From a virus: a stretch of DNA of 64,000 nucleotides. The DNA is taken from IMG/VR virus record IMGVR_UViG_3300046794_000505, positions 21,777 to 85,776 of that record; one strand, written 5' to 3'. The notes below the pieces were generated by a model. The model saw nothing but the letters and a program-made list of their open reading frames with translations. It ran no database searches and was not told the origin of the DNA. The position numbers and the translations under genes were made by a program. How positions within the stretch are numbered: the stretch's first letter is position 1; every line of letters starts with the position of its first letter. Below are positions 17,360 through 25,097 of this stretch, in pieces.

Positions 17360-18267
17360 TGATTGACGACTGTTGGATTGCGCTCTTCGGTCAGGAATCG
17401 CGTGACCAGCGGCCCGACCGTTTTGGCCTGGGTGACCAGAAATAGATGCCCGTCATTGATGACATGCAGGTCAGCGTTAGGCATGCGCTGGGCCATCCTG
17501 CGCATGTTGACCAGCGGAATCAGCGGGTCATCGTTGCCGGCCAGCACCAGGGTGGGCTGCCTGATCTTGTGCACCCAGTGAATGCTGGTCCACATATACA
17601 CCGCCATCATCTGGTAGTAATAGCCGCGGCCGCCGGAGGATTGCATTTTCTCGGCGTAGGCCGCAGCCAAGGCCTTATCGCTCCGGAACACCCCACCATA
17701 GATGTACGGGGCGATCTTTGCGCCGTATGCCGGGCTCGTATAGCGCAGCGGGCTGGACATCAACCACAGGACCTTGAGTGACGGCGGCACCATAAACACA
17801 CCACAGGATGTCGCCGCGAGGATGAGCTTTTTGCAGCGCAGTGGATGATCAAAGGCGAACTGCTGGGCAAGGAAACCGCCCCACGACACGCCGATCACAT
17901 TGACCTGGCCGTAATCCAGATAGTCCAGCATCTGGGCCACCAGCCGTGCCAGTCCCGAAAACCCATATGGCAGCACTGGCGTTGAGGAGCCCCCCACGCC
18001 AGGTACGTCGAAGGCGATCACCTCCTGTTCACGGTCCAGGGCTTCCATGAACGGGATGACCAATTCCAGACTCGCACCGATACCGTTGAACACCAGCAGC
18101 GGGGTCAGGTGCGAACTGCCAGGGCGAACCAGCGTGCGGATCGACTGCCCATCGATTTCGATGGTACGGATGACCAAGGCTTTAGTCGGAGCACCCCGTC
18201 GATTCGTCTTGCGGCGCTCAGGGACACCAAGTTTTCCTTCGTCGAACGACTCGTTTAGATTGCTCAT
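17356..18267 (-). CDS. phaZ: medium-chain-length poly(3-hydroxyalkanoate) depolymerase
   Basis: Near-colinear with Pseudomonas PhaZ: LTPLLVFNGIGA, AFDVPGVGGSSTP, lipase box GVSWGG, LAGNDDPLIPLVNM, DGHLFL. Confidence 0.92.
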   Translation of the reverse strand: MSNLNESFDEGKLGVPERRKTNRRGAPTKALVIRTIEIDGQSIRTLVRPGSSHLTPLLVFNGIGASLELVIPFMEALDREQEVIAFDVPGVGGSSTPVLPYGFSGLARLVAQMLDYLDYGQVNVIGVSWGGFLAQQFAFDHPLRCKKLILAATSCGVFMVPPSLKVLWLMSSPLRYTSPAYGAKIAPYIYGGVFRSDKALAAAYAEKMQSSGGRGYYYQMMAVYMWTSIHWVHKIRQPTLVLAGNDDPLIPLVNMRRMAQRMPNADLHVINDGHLFLVTQAKTVGPLVTRFLTEERNPTVVNQ

Positions 18268-18986
18268 GATAATCCTTTAGATCTAGACACGACCGGAGTG
18301 GTCAAGGCTTGATGCAGTGTCATGCCACGATGGATCCTGGCGCTAATGGTACCGATGGGAATTCCTGCCGCTGCCGCATGATCCGACAGATTGCGCACTG
18401 CGCCACGGTGTTCGGCGTGTTTACCCTGCTTGCGAAACACTGGGTTCAACCCCTGGGCCACCAGATAGGAGCGCATGGTGGTGACCGAGCAATAACCGAG
18501 GAACGAAGCGGCCTGGGTCTGCGAGTACTTCGACGCGTGCAGATCCAACCATGCGGCGATCGTTATCCCACTGCCCTGCTTGAAGCGCGCGGCCACTGGC
18601 AAATAGGTCGTTGCCGACCATGGGTTATCACCGGGTCGCTTCGCCAAGTAGCGATAAAGTGCCCGGGCGTCGTACTCGAGTCGCTTCGCGGTCGCGTTGA
18701 TAGACAACCCTTCTGCCTGCAGGTCGGCCAGCACCTCATCAAACAGCTTGCCGTATTGCATTTCGATGGCCAGTCGCCGCGGCGCGATCAGGATTGACGG
18801 GTTATCGCCGCCGGCGCGTTTCGCATAGCCGAGTGCTTCTGATAGTTTCCAGCCGCGAGCTTTGCGCGATCGCACAGTCGAAGGGGATAAGCCTTGGCGT
18901 GCGGCGTGCTCTGGAATTGTCCCAACAAACCCGCCCAGGTCGTAGGAGAAATAATCCATGTCGCGTTTTTTCTTCACTGATTCCAT
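18264..18986 (-). CDS. multi-HTH DNA-binding protein
   Basis: 'HAARQGLSPSTVRSR..RGW.LSEAL' repeated as 'HAAAAGIPIGTISARIHRGM.LHQAL', plus two internal HTH-like units. Confidence 0.6.
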   Translation of the reverse strand: MESVKKKRDMDYFSYDLGGFVGTIPEHAARQGLSPSTVRSRKARGWKLSEALGYAKRAGGDNPSILIAPRRLAIEMQYGKLFDEVLADLQAEGLSINATAKRLEYDARALYRYLAKRPGDNPWSATTYLPVAARFKQGSGITIAAWLDLHASKYSQTQAASFLGYCSVTTMRSYLVAQGLNPVFRKQGKHAEHRGAVRNLSDHAAAAGIPIGTISARIHRGMTLHQALTTPVVSRSKGLS

Positions 18987-19028
18987 GGTCCATTCTCAAA
19001 AATCGCCCGGTGTCACCCGGGCTTGATG

Positions 19029-19238
19029 TCAGAGGTACAGCGGCTGATTGATGTAGCGGGCCAGGCGATTGTCGATTTCACGGATGGCGCTGACCACATG
19101 GTGAACAGGGAAAAAGGCGTTTATCAGTTCCGTTCTCGTCACCACATAGGACTCGAGCCGCCGCTCATCACCATCTTTGTACAAGCCACAAATCCAATAG
19201 TTGTCGTACCGATCGCGCTGCACGAAGTAGGTGGTCAG
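19029..19238 (-). CDS. hypothetical protein (start uncertain)
   Basis: Open frame filling the operon gap; no canonical start seen. Confidence 0.3.
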   Translation of the reverse strand: MTTYFVQRDRYDNYWICGLYKDGDERRLESYVVTRTELINAFFPVHHVVSAIREIDNRLARYINQPLYL

Positions 19239-19480
19239 TTTGGCATGATCTGGGCAACGGTGATCCTGGAGCCCAAGAGGCTCAACGTTCCATTCATGAT
19301 CCCTTCGCGAATCTGACTCTGCGAAAACTTGACCTGCTTTGGATTGGTTGACAGGCATTGGTAGATCTCCAGCGAGGCAGCGTCGACCTCCGAAAACGGA
19401 ATGGCATAGACGTGCTGTTCGGTGATGCCGCGCATTTTCAGGTCGCGACGGATACGGTTCAGGTCGGTGATGATGCTCAT
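19235..19480 (-). CDS. hypothetical protein
   Basis: Coupled ORF. Confidence 0.5.
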   Translation of the reverse strand: MSIITDLNRIRRDLKMRGITEQHVYAIPFSEVDAASLEIYQCLSTNPKQVKFSQSQIREGIMNGTLSLLGSRITVAQIMPN

Positions 19481-19887
19481 GCGTCACCTGGTGGAAGTGG
19501 TTGCGTGCGGACCCAGGTGCCTTCTCCGATTTTCCGCCAGCCGCCCGCCTCACGGCAGTTGTCGCGAACATCACGGAAACGATCATTGCAGAGGCTTGGC
19601 GACTCGGCATACAGCAACGTCAGTTCGCTCCAGATCGGTACCAGCGGCGCCCACTGAGGACAGGCCTCTACAACGGCCGGCAGATACTCGTGCAGCTCCG
19701 GCACCTGGGACAGCAGGCGAAGGCAACGACCGAAGTCATCGGCATCATGCGGACAGTCGAATGACACTCGGCCCCCATCATGTTTAATGCCTAGCGCGAC
19801 ACGGGCGATCGTCGACGCTGATACACCGGTGGTCCCGCTCAAAGCCCAGAGGGCGATACGTTTGTTTGCATCAGTTGAGAGATTCAC
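19477..19887 (-). CDS. phage hypothetical protein
   Basis: 'W...G.TGVSA.TI...PHDADDFGRCLRLL..VPE...W..L...W.EL..LY' recurrent phage family. Confidence 0.65.
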   Translation of the reverse strand: MNLSTDANKRIALWALSGTTGVSASTIARVALGIKHDGGRVSFDCPHDADDFGRCLRLLSQVPELHEYLPAVVEACPQWAPLVPIWSELTLLYAESPSLCNDRFRDVRDNCREAGGWRKIGEGTWVRTQPLPPGDA

Positions 19888-20387
19888 AACTCACCCCTTG
19901 GCGCCCGCACCCAGCCAGCGGCGCGCATGCGCTCCTCATCCAGCACTTCGAGTTCGAGCGGTGACGAAATGCACAAAACCAGCGTGTTCGGCGCGCGGTT
20001 GCGTCGGATTGCACGATGGAACTCGTTCAGCTCAGTATGGTGCTCAGGTTTGAAGTCACCGACCAAGGCCACCGCGACCGAGTCTTCGTGCACCTCGACG
20101 ATTCGCGCTGACGCGATCGCTTGAGCCGCGCGCAGACGATTGATCAACTCCAGCACCACCGGCGCGTGCCGCCGCTCCTGTTCCTGCCAGGCCCACAAGC
20201 AATGAAGGCGGTAGTTTTCAGTAGCTGCATCGTCCGAGTAAAACGAACGCATCCACGCGTCCAGCTCATCGTTGGTTTTCACCAGGAACGCAGTACTGCG
20301 CGGTCCGTTCACACCTGTATTATCTTCAGCTGCCGCTTTCGCCGCTGCCTCGAGCGCATCTAAATCCAACACGATAGCGGTGGTCAT
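19884..20387 (-). CDS. Ead/Ea22-like hypothetical protein
   Basis: 'LDLDALEAAAKAA...PVVLELINRLRAA'; AGGAGG SD. Confidence 0.55.
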   Translation of the reverse strand: MTTAIVLDLDALEAAAKAAAEDNTGVNGPRSTAFLVKTNDELDAWMRSFYSDDAATENYRLHCLWAWQEQERRHAPVVLELINRLRAAQAIASARIVEVHEDSVAVALVGDFKPEHHTELNEFHRAIRRNRAPNTLVLCISSPLELEVLDEERMRAAGWVRAPRGEL

Positions 20388-20758
20388 TGCACACCTCCTT
20401 TGCGGGCAGCGAGCATGGCATCGGCCCAAGCGGCTGGCCACTGGAGTAGACGCTGCTGGTCACGAGCTCTATTCCAAGCTAGGACCGCCGAAGTCATTCC
20501 CCACCATAAGCGATCATCAGCGCTTTCATCATCCATATTCCGCCAGAATTGCCACCAACGTTTTGGTGAAGTCCAAGTCTCAGGAGGCTCAGGATATGGT
20601 TCCGAAAACTCAGGCTGAAACCAATCCTGCGGCTTAGCCGGGGCATGAGCGATGAAATAATCACGTATGGTTATTCCTTGATTTTCCGGAAGGGTATATT
20701 CATTCGGAAACGCCGGACCACTATTGTCCAGCACTACTGTTTTTTCGGTCATGATCAT
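20384..20758 (-). CDS. phage hypothetical protein (RDYF motif family)
   Basis: 'SGPAFP...GITIRDYFIAHA...WADAMLAAR'. Confidence 0.7.
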   Translation of the reverse strand: MIMTEKTVVLDNSGPAFPNEYTLPENQGITIRDYFIAHAPAKPQDWFQPEFSEPYPEPPETWTSPKRWWQFWRNMDDESADDRLWWGMTSAVLAWNRARDQQRLLQWPAAWADAMLAARKGGVQ

Positions 20759-20842
20759 TCCTTTCTCAGTTGATTATTGGTTTACGCCAGATCACTCATC
20801 GCTAAAAGACGCCCAAGCTGATTTTTCCGCTGCGCTCAATTC

Positions 20843-21529
20843 TCATGCGACCACCTTGAAATTTACGCACCAGACCCACGGGTTGGCATCCCAGTCGCCG
20901 CCGGTGGATTCCCACAACCGCTTGAACGCGATTTTTGCATCGGTGTAATCACCCGATGGGGTGAGGTAGATTCCGGGGAAACGGTCAGACTCTACGATCC
21001 CTTCGGCCACCGCCTGCTCCTCACTGATATCCTGCAACCGCTCGACGCGAACATCCGTGATTTCCAGCAGGATCCGGCAAGCCGCCCGAGGCATGTGAAT
21101 TGATGGCCGCATCTTGCCGACCCAGTCCGGGACGCAGATGTTGTCTTCGTTGACGTAGGTGCCGGTGTTGTCTTTGGACCGCGAACCACCAGCGGCGTAG
21201 TAGGTGGTTAGACCACGGTCATAGTCGAGGTCACGGGGCTTGATCCCGTCATGAATTTTGCTGACTTGGTAGGACTCACGGATCCACAAGTGATCGCCGA
21301 CCTTGCCAAACGGACAACGAGCATCGAAGCGATGCTCAAACTCTTCGCCATGAGAAAACTCAGCGGTACCAGATTTTTTGCCGACCCCTTCCAGCCTGTA
21401 GATGTCAGGCATATTCAGGTTCAGCTCATCGAGCCCATGAGGGCGCCGCGTCACCGTCTTCCGGCCTTCCAGGATGGCGCGCACCATAGGAGCTGAGAAC
21501 AGGATCGGGCGTTCGTTGATCTTGGTCAT
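20843..21529 (-). CDS. ASCH/PUA-like phage protein
   Basis: 'ERPILFSAPMVRAILEGRKTVTRR...RPSIHMPRAACRILLEITDVRVERLQDISEE.A.AEG...NPWVW'. Confidence 0.8.
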   Translation of the reverse strand: MTKINERPILFSAPMVRAILEGRKTVTRRPHGLDELNLNMPDIYRLEGVGKKSGTAEFSHGEEFEHRFDARCPFGKVGDHLWIRESYQVSKIHDGIKPRDLDYDRGLTTYYAAGGSRSKDNTGTYVNEDNICVPDWVGKMRPSIHMPRAACRILLEITDVRVERLQDISEEQAVAEGIVESDRFPGIYLTPSGDYTDAKIAFKRLWESTGGDWDANPWVWCVNFKVVA

Positions 21530-21990
21530 GACTTCACCTTCCCTGCCTCGACCCCAGCCTCATAGGCTCCTTCCATCAGTTCTTCAATGCCCAATTCATG
21601 CTGCATCCCAGCTTTCCCATGATCTTCAAACCATTGGCTAAAGTTGGGACTCGGATCATATTGGGCCGGGATAACTTGCGCCCGAAACATCGCCTGCAAT
21701 TTCTTGGCGATATCGACACCGGCCAGGTCGTAGTCGCAGTCATCTTCCTCGGCTGACGCCCAAACGACTGCGTGGTACTCGGCCAGCAGGCTATCGAAGT
21801 CGAGTGATCCGCTGCCCTTCGGCTGTTCGAGCAAGTGCTCATCGATAGGCTTGGCAAGAAGGGCACGAATCTCTTCCATCGCTTTCCAGGCATCCACCAG
21901 CTGCAACGCATTGGAACCCATGCTGGCATCGCCTTTTACAACTCGTTGCAGCAACTTCCTTGGAACCCCATCAATCGTTTGGCTGTTCAT
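21526..21990 (-). CDS. hypothetical protein
   Basis: 'TIDGVPR.LL' Pseudomonas-phage-type N-terminus. Confidence 0.55.
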   Translation of the reverse strand: MNSQTIDGVPRKLLQRVVKGDASMGSNALQLVDAWKAMEEIRALLAKPIDEHLLEQPKGSGSLDFDSLLAEYHAVVWASAEEDDCDYDLAGVDIAKKLQAMFRAQVIPAQYDPSPNFSQWFEDHGKAGMQHELGIEELMEGAYEAGVEAGKVKS

Positions 21991-22135
21991 CCTTCACCTT
22001 TTCCTTACACGTTGGGCAGCTTGCGTGGTGCAGCTGCGAATAGTTGGTCTGGCAGACTGCGCAGTACGTCACCCGCATGCGCTGCAATGCTGACACGGCC
22101 CTACGGCCTTTTCTGTCGATGATGATGCGGCCCAT
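21971..22135 (-). CDS. small zinc-ribbon protein (54 aa)
   Basis: CAVC...CPTC; downstream of a sigma70-like promoter near 22165-22193. Confidence 0.5.
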   Translation of the reverse strand: MGRIIIDRKGRRAVSALQRMRVTYCAVCQTNYSQLHHASCPTCKEKVKDEQPND

Positions 22136-22206
22136 GCTGACGCCTTTTCGTTGTATTGTTGCTGAAGCTTACAGCCATAACACCAAAAAGCAAATACACA
22201 GACATG

Positions 22207-22234
22207 AAAAAACCCGGCGCGGAACCGGGTTTTT
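22207..22234. terminator. bidirectional rho-independent terminator
   Basis: AAAAAACCCGG-CGCGGAA-CCGGGTTTTT. Confidence 0.75.
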
Positions 22235-22250
22235 GTCCTGCTGTCGGCGC

Positions 22251-22703
22251 TTACAGTTCGCCGACTGGCTCTTCTGCTGCGACTGCCGTCTGCGACTGTT
22301 TGCTGAATCCGATCAGAGCCGTGTCGGCCCAGACTTCAGCCGTTTTCGGCCCAGCAAATTCTGACCTCGATGCCGCCAAGCCGCCCATGTACCCGTCAAC
22401 GATCAGCTTTCGCACATCGCCGGCGAGCGCTTCCAGGGCCAGGGCCTGCTCAGCACCACGCAACAGGAAAAACCCCGTTGGCGTTGCCTCGATTACCCCA
22501 TCCTGCTCTTCGATCATTGCGGCGATCTGCACGAGCATCATGCCTTCGGTGATAGCCCCATCCAGGGCGATATTGATCGCGCTGAATACCCGATGAGCCG
22601 GGACGGCGGGAGAGTTCACCATTTGGCCGTCAATTTCACCTTCGACCGCTTCAGCAGCCGGCCGGATCGCGGTATACGGGATGTAGTAGAGATGTTCGCT
22701 CAA
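22251..22703 (-). CDS. hypothetical protein
   Basis: Coupled ORF ending at the terminator. Confidence 0.55.
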   Translation of the reverse strand: MSEHLYYIPYTAIRPAAEAVEGEIDGQMVNSPAVPAHRVFSAINIALDGAITEGMMLVQIAAMIEEQDGVIEATPTGFFLLRGAEQALALEALAGDVRKLIVDGYMGGLAASRSEFAGPKTAEVWADTALIGFSKQSQTAVAAEEPVGEL

Positions 22704-23017
22704 TTTAAAATTTCCTTGTCTTCAATCACGCCCGCCGGGAGGTGGGCGCGGTGGGTTCGGCTCTCGATAACATCGTGAACCAGTTCGGATGCGGTGGCCA
22801 TTGTGGCAGCCGCAGAGGATAAATCGGCAAGAGTTTTCTGCATGCGGTTGTGGTCGCACAGCAGCTCGATGATGGCGATGGCGATCGGGCCGATACCGTC
22901 ACGGATGAGCGCCGCGTGCAGCTCACGCTCAAAATTTGAATAAACGTCGGCCGGTTTCATCAGTCGATTCGTCGCCACAAGCAAGCCAGCAAATTTGTTC
23001 TTATGATCGATCCTCAT
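22700..23017 (-). CDS. hypothetical protein
   Basis: Coupled ORF. Confidence 0.55.
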   Translation of the reverse strand: MRIDHKNKFAGLLVATNRLMKPADVYSNFERELHAALIRDGIGPIAIAIIELLCDHNRMQKTLADLSSAAATMATASELVHDVIESRTHRAHLPAGVIEDKEILN

Positions 23018-23946
23018 GCCGCCTCATCCTCTTCATCCACCGGCGGAACATACCCCAGCAGGTCGCAGATATGCTTGACGGTGGCCACGAATTCCAGCAA
23101 CTGGATCGCCGCCTCATGACGCCAGATGTGGGCGATATCCTCCAGTTCGCTAGTGTCATAATCCGGATCACTGGCGAAGCTGATGCTGCTGAACTTGAAT
23201 TCGTCATTCAGCTTGAAATCCATCTCGCCATGCTCGAACCGAATGGCATGAACTTCCAGTTTCGATTCCAGCGCCTCGAGCAATCCGGCGCGACCCTCGG
23301 CCAGGTCGTCGAGTTGGTAACTGACCTTCTGGCTTTTTTGGCCTTTTTTCTTAAGTTCGACCAAGCCGCCCAGGTGCAGATCACCAAACGCGCGCTCCTG
23401 ATCCTGCAGATGGTTCTTCAGGCGTGTGGTGAGACCGTTTTTGATGTCGCTGATGTGGATGGTGGTGGTTTTCACTGACCCAACGACGTGCACCAGCACA
23501 CCAACCAACATGCGGGCCTGCATCTTGCTGGCAGTCAGTACGATCAGCAGTTTCTCGTCGATATGGTAGAAACAGGTGATGTAGGACGATTCCACCAGCG
23601 CCTTCTTGCACATCAGCGCCAGAGTCTGTTCGGCGATCGCCTGGCGCTCGACCTTTTTCAGCCTGACACCGGACGACTTCTCAGCCGCCTTGATCAGCTT
23701 GTTGGCCTCGGCCATCACCAGATTCATCGGCAACACCTTGCTGTCTTCACGCAGAGTGAACGAGTAGCCACCTTGGAATTCCGTAACCAGCTCGCCGGTG
23801 ATGGCATTCGGCACGAAGCCAGACCGCGACAGCATATTCTCGGGGAGTTCTTCGAACGGATGCTCCAGCAGATGCTTTGCGATATCGGTCGCACCGGGTA
23901 ACTCGGCGCTGTAGACGATCGCATTTTTCAGATGGTTGAATTCCAT
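23014..23946 (-). CDS. rdgC: recombination-associated protein RdgC
   Basis: 'KNAIVY...L.EHPF......RSGFVP...LREDSKVLP..V..E...LKK.ER..IAEQ..A.M..KA'; 310 aa. Confidence 0.8.
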   Translation of the reverse strand: MEFNHLKNAIVYSAELPGATDIAKHLLEHPFEELPENMLSRSGFVPNAITGELVTEFQGGYSFTLREDSKVLPMNLVMAEANKLIKAAEKSSGVRLKKVERQAIAEQTLALMCKKALVESSYITCFYHIDEKLLIVLTASKMQARMLVGVLVHVVGSVKTTTIHISDIKNGLTTRLKNHLQDQERAFGDLHLGGLVELKKKGQKSQKVSYQLDDLAEGRAGLLEALESKLEVHAIRFEHGEMDFKLNDEFKFSSISFASDPDYDTSELEDIAHIWRHEAAIQLLEFVATVKHICDLLGYVPPVDEEDEAA

Positions 23947-23948
23947 AA

Positions 23949-24383
23949 TCAGGCCCCCATCGATGATTTGGAGCGGATGAGCTCGGAGGTATCACGAGCT
24001 ATGGCCTCTGCCGCCATGGATATCCAGTAGAACAGCAGCAGGAAGCCAGCGAACCATTCATAACCGGCCGCGGCGATGACAAAGAAACCCACCGTCCAAG
24101 CGGTGCGGGCTAGGGCTGAAAGCGTTTCCCCGTCGCCTGTTCTCGCCGGGAACGCCTTCATGAAGATTGCTAACTTGTCGGCCTTCAACTCACCATTGAG
24201 CGCCTTCTTGCTTTCCAAAGTTGCAAAACAGGTCATCAGTCCCAGCAGGAGTAAAAATAGCCCCAAGACAAAAGATGCCAAGCTCCCCGACCACTCAGAC
24301 CCAGTGAAATAATGAATCACCGGCAATGATGCGATCGCCAACACCAACAGGATTTTACGGGTGAATTTCCAAATACTCGCCAT
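23949..24383 (-). CDS. multi-pass membrane protein
   Basis: About four hydrophobic segments; GGAG SD. Confidence 0.6.
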   Translation of the reverse strand: MASIWKFTRKILLVLAIASLPVIHYFTGSEWSGSLASFVLGLFLLLLGLMTCFATLESKKALNGELKADKLAIFMKAFPARTGDGETLSALARTAWTVGFFVIAAAGYEWFAGFLLLFYWISMAAEAIARDTSELIRSKSSMGA

Positions 24384-24416
24384 CGATAGTGCTCCGTTTT
24401 ATATGGGCTACGCCCG

Positions 24417-25049
24417 TTAAATGGCCGGTTTCTGGCCTTCTGCCAATTCCCACTTCATCACATGCCCGCAGGAAGAACAGTGTTTTTCATTTTGCGAGCT
24501 GAGTAGCACCAGCTGCAATCCGCCGCACGCATCACAGAATTTTGTGGTGCCCGGTTTATCCGAATTGTTGCCGAGTAGCGCTAGAGCGCCCCGTGCCTCT
24601 GTCGACATTTTTTCGAGAAATACGACCGCATCGATCAACTCCTCGAAATGGCGCCCCATCACATCCGCGCAGACTTTTCCGGTGGTCTGATCCCGGTAGA
24701 CCTCCAGCCAGCTTTTGCAGCGCTCCGACTGGCCGCCGACGTCCGGGAAAAATTCACCATGCGCGGCAATGAATTCGGCTGATCCGATATCTGGCTCACT
24801 GGGGCGCATCAACAGCCAGCACTGATCAGCCGATAGCCAAGGATCCAAACTGGAGCTGCGAGAGGTGACACACATATCCGCATCAAAACTCACTCGCGAA
24901 CACTTCACCATATGCGAACCACATCGGACGACATTCACCTGTAGCACCGGACCATGCGTATGCTGAATGATGTCGCCTTTCTGAAAAGGTCGATCAGTGT
25001 TATCGCCTGAATAGATCCGCATCGCTGGAACGATTGCCATAACGTGCAC
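24417..25049 (-). CDS. hypothetical protein with C-terminal zinc ribbon
   Basis: CDAC...CSSC. Confidence 0.55.
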   Translation of the reverse strand: MHVMAIVPAMRIYSGDNTDRPFQKGDIIQHTHGPVLQVNVVRCGSHMVKCSRVSFDADMCVTSRSSSLDPWLSADQCWLLMRPSEPDIGSAEFIAAHGEFFPDVGGQSERCKSWLEVYRDQTTGKVCADVMGRHFEELIDAVVFLEKMSTEARGALALLGNNSDKPGTTKFCDACGGLQLVLLSSQNEKHCSSCGHVMKWELAEGQKPAI

Positions 25050-25074
25050 TCCGTTTTCATTATGCTATCGCAAG

Positions 25075-25088
25075 TGCAAAGATATGCA
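25075..25088. promoter_or_regulatory. putative operator TGCAAAGATATGCA
   Basis: Identical 14-mer at 42791-42804; both overlap promoter-like boxes. Confidence 0.45.
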
Positions 25089-25097
25089 ATAGCTAAA

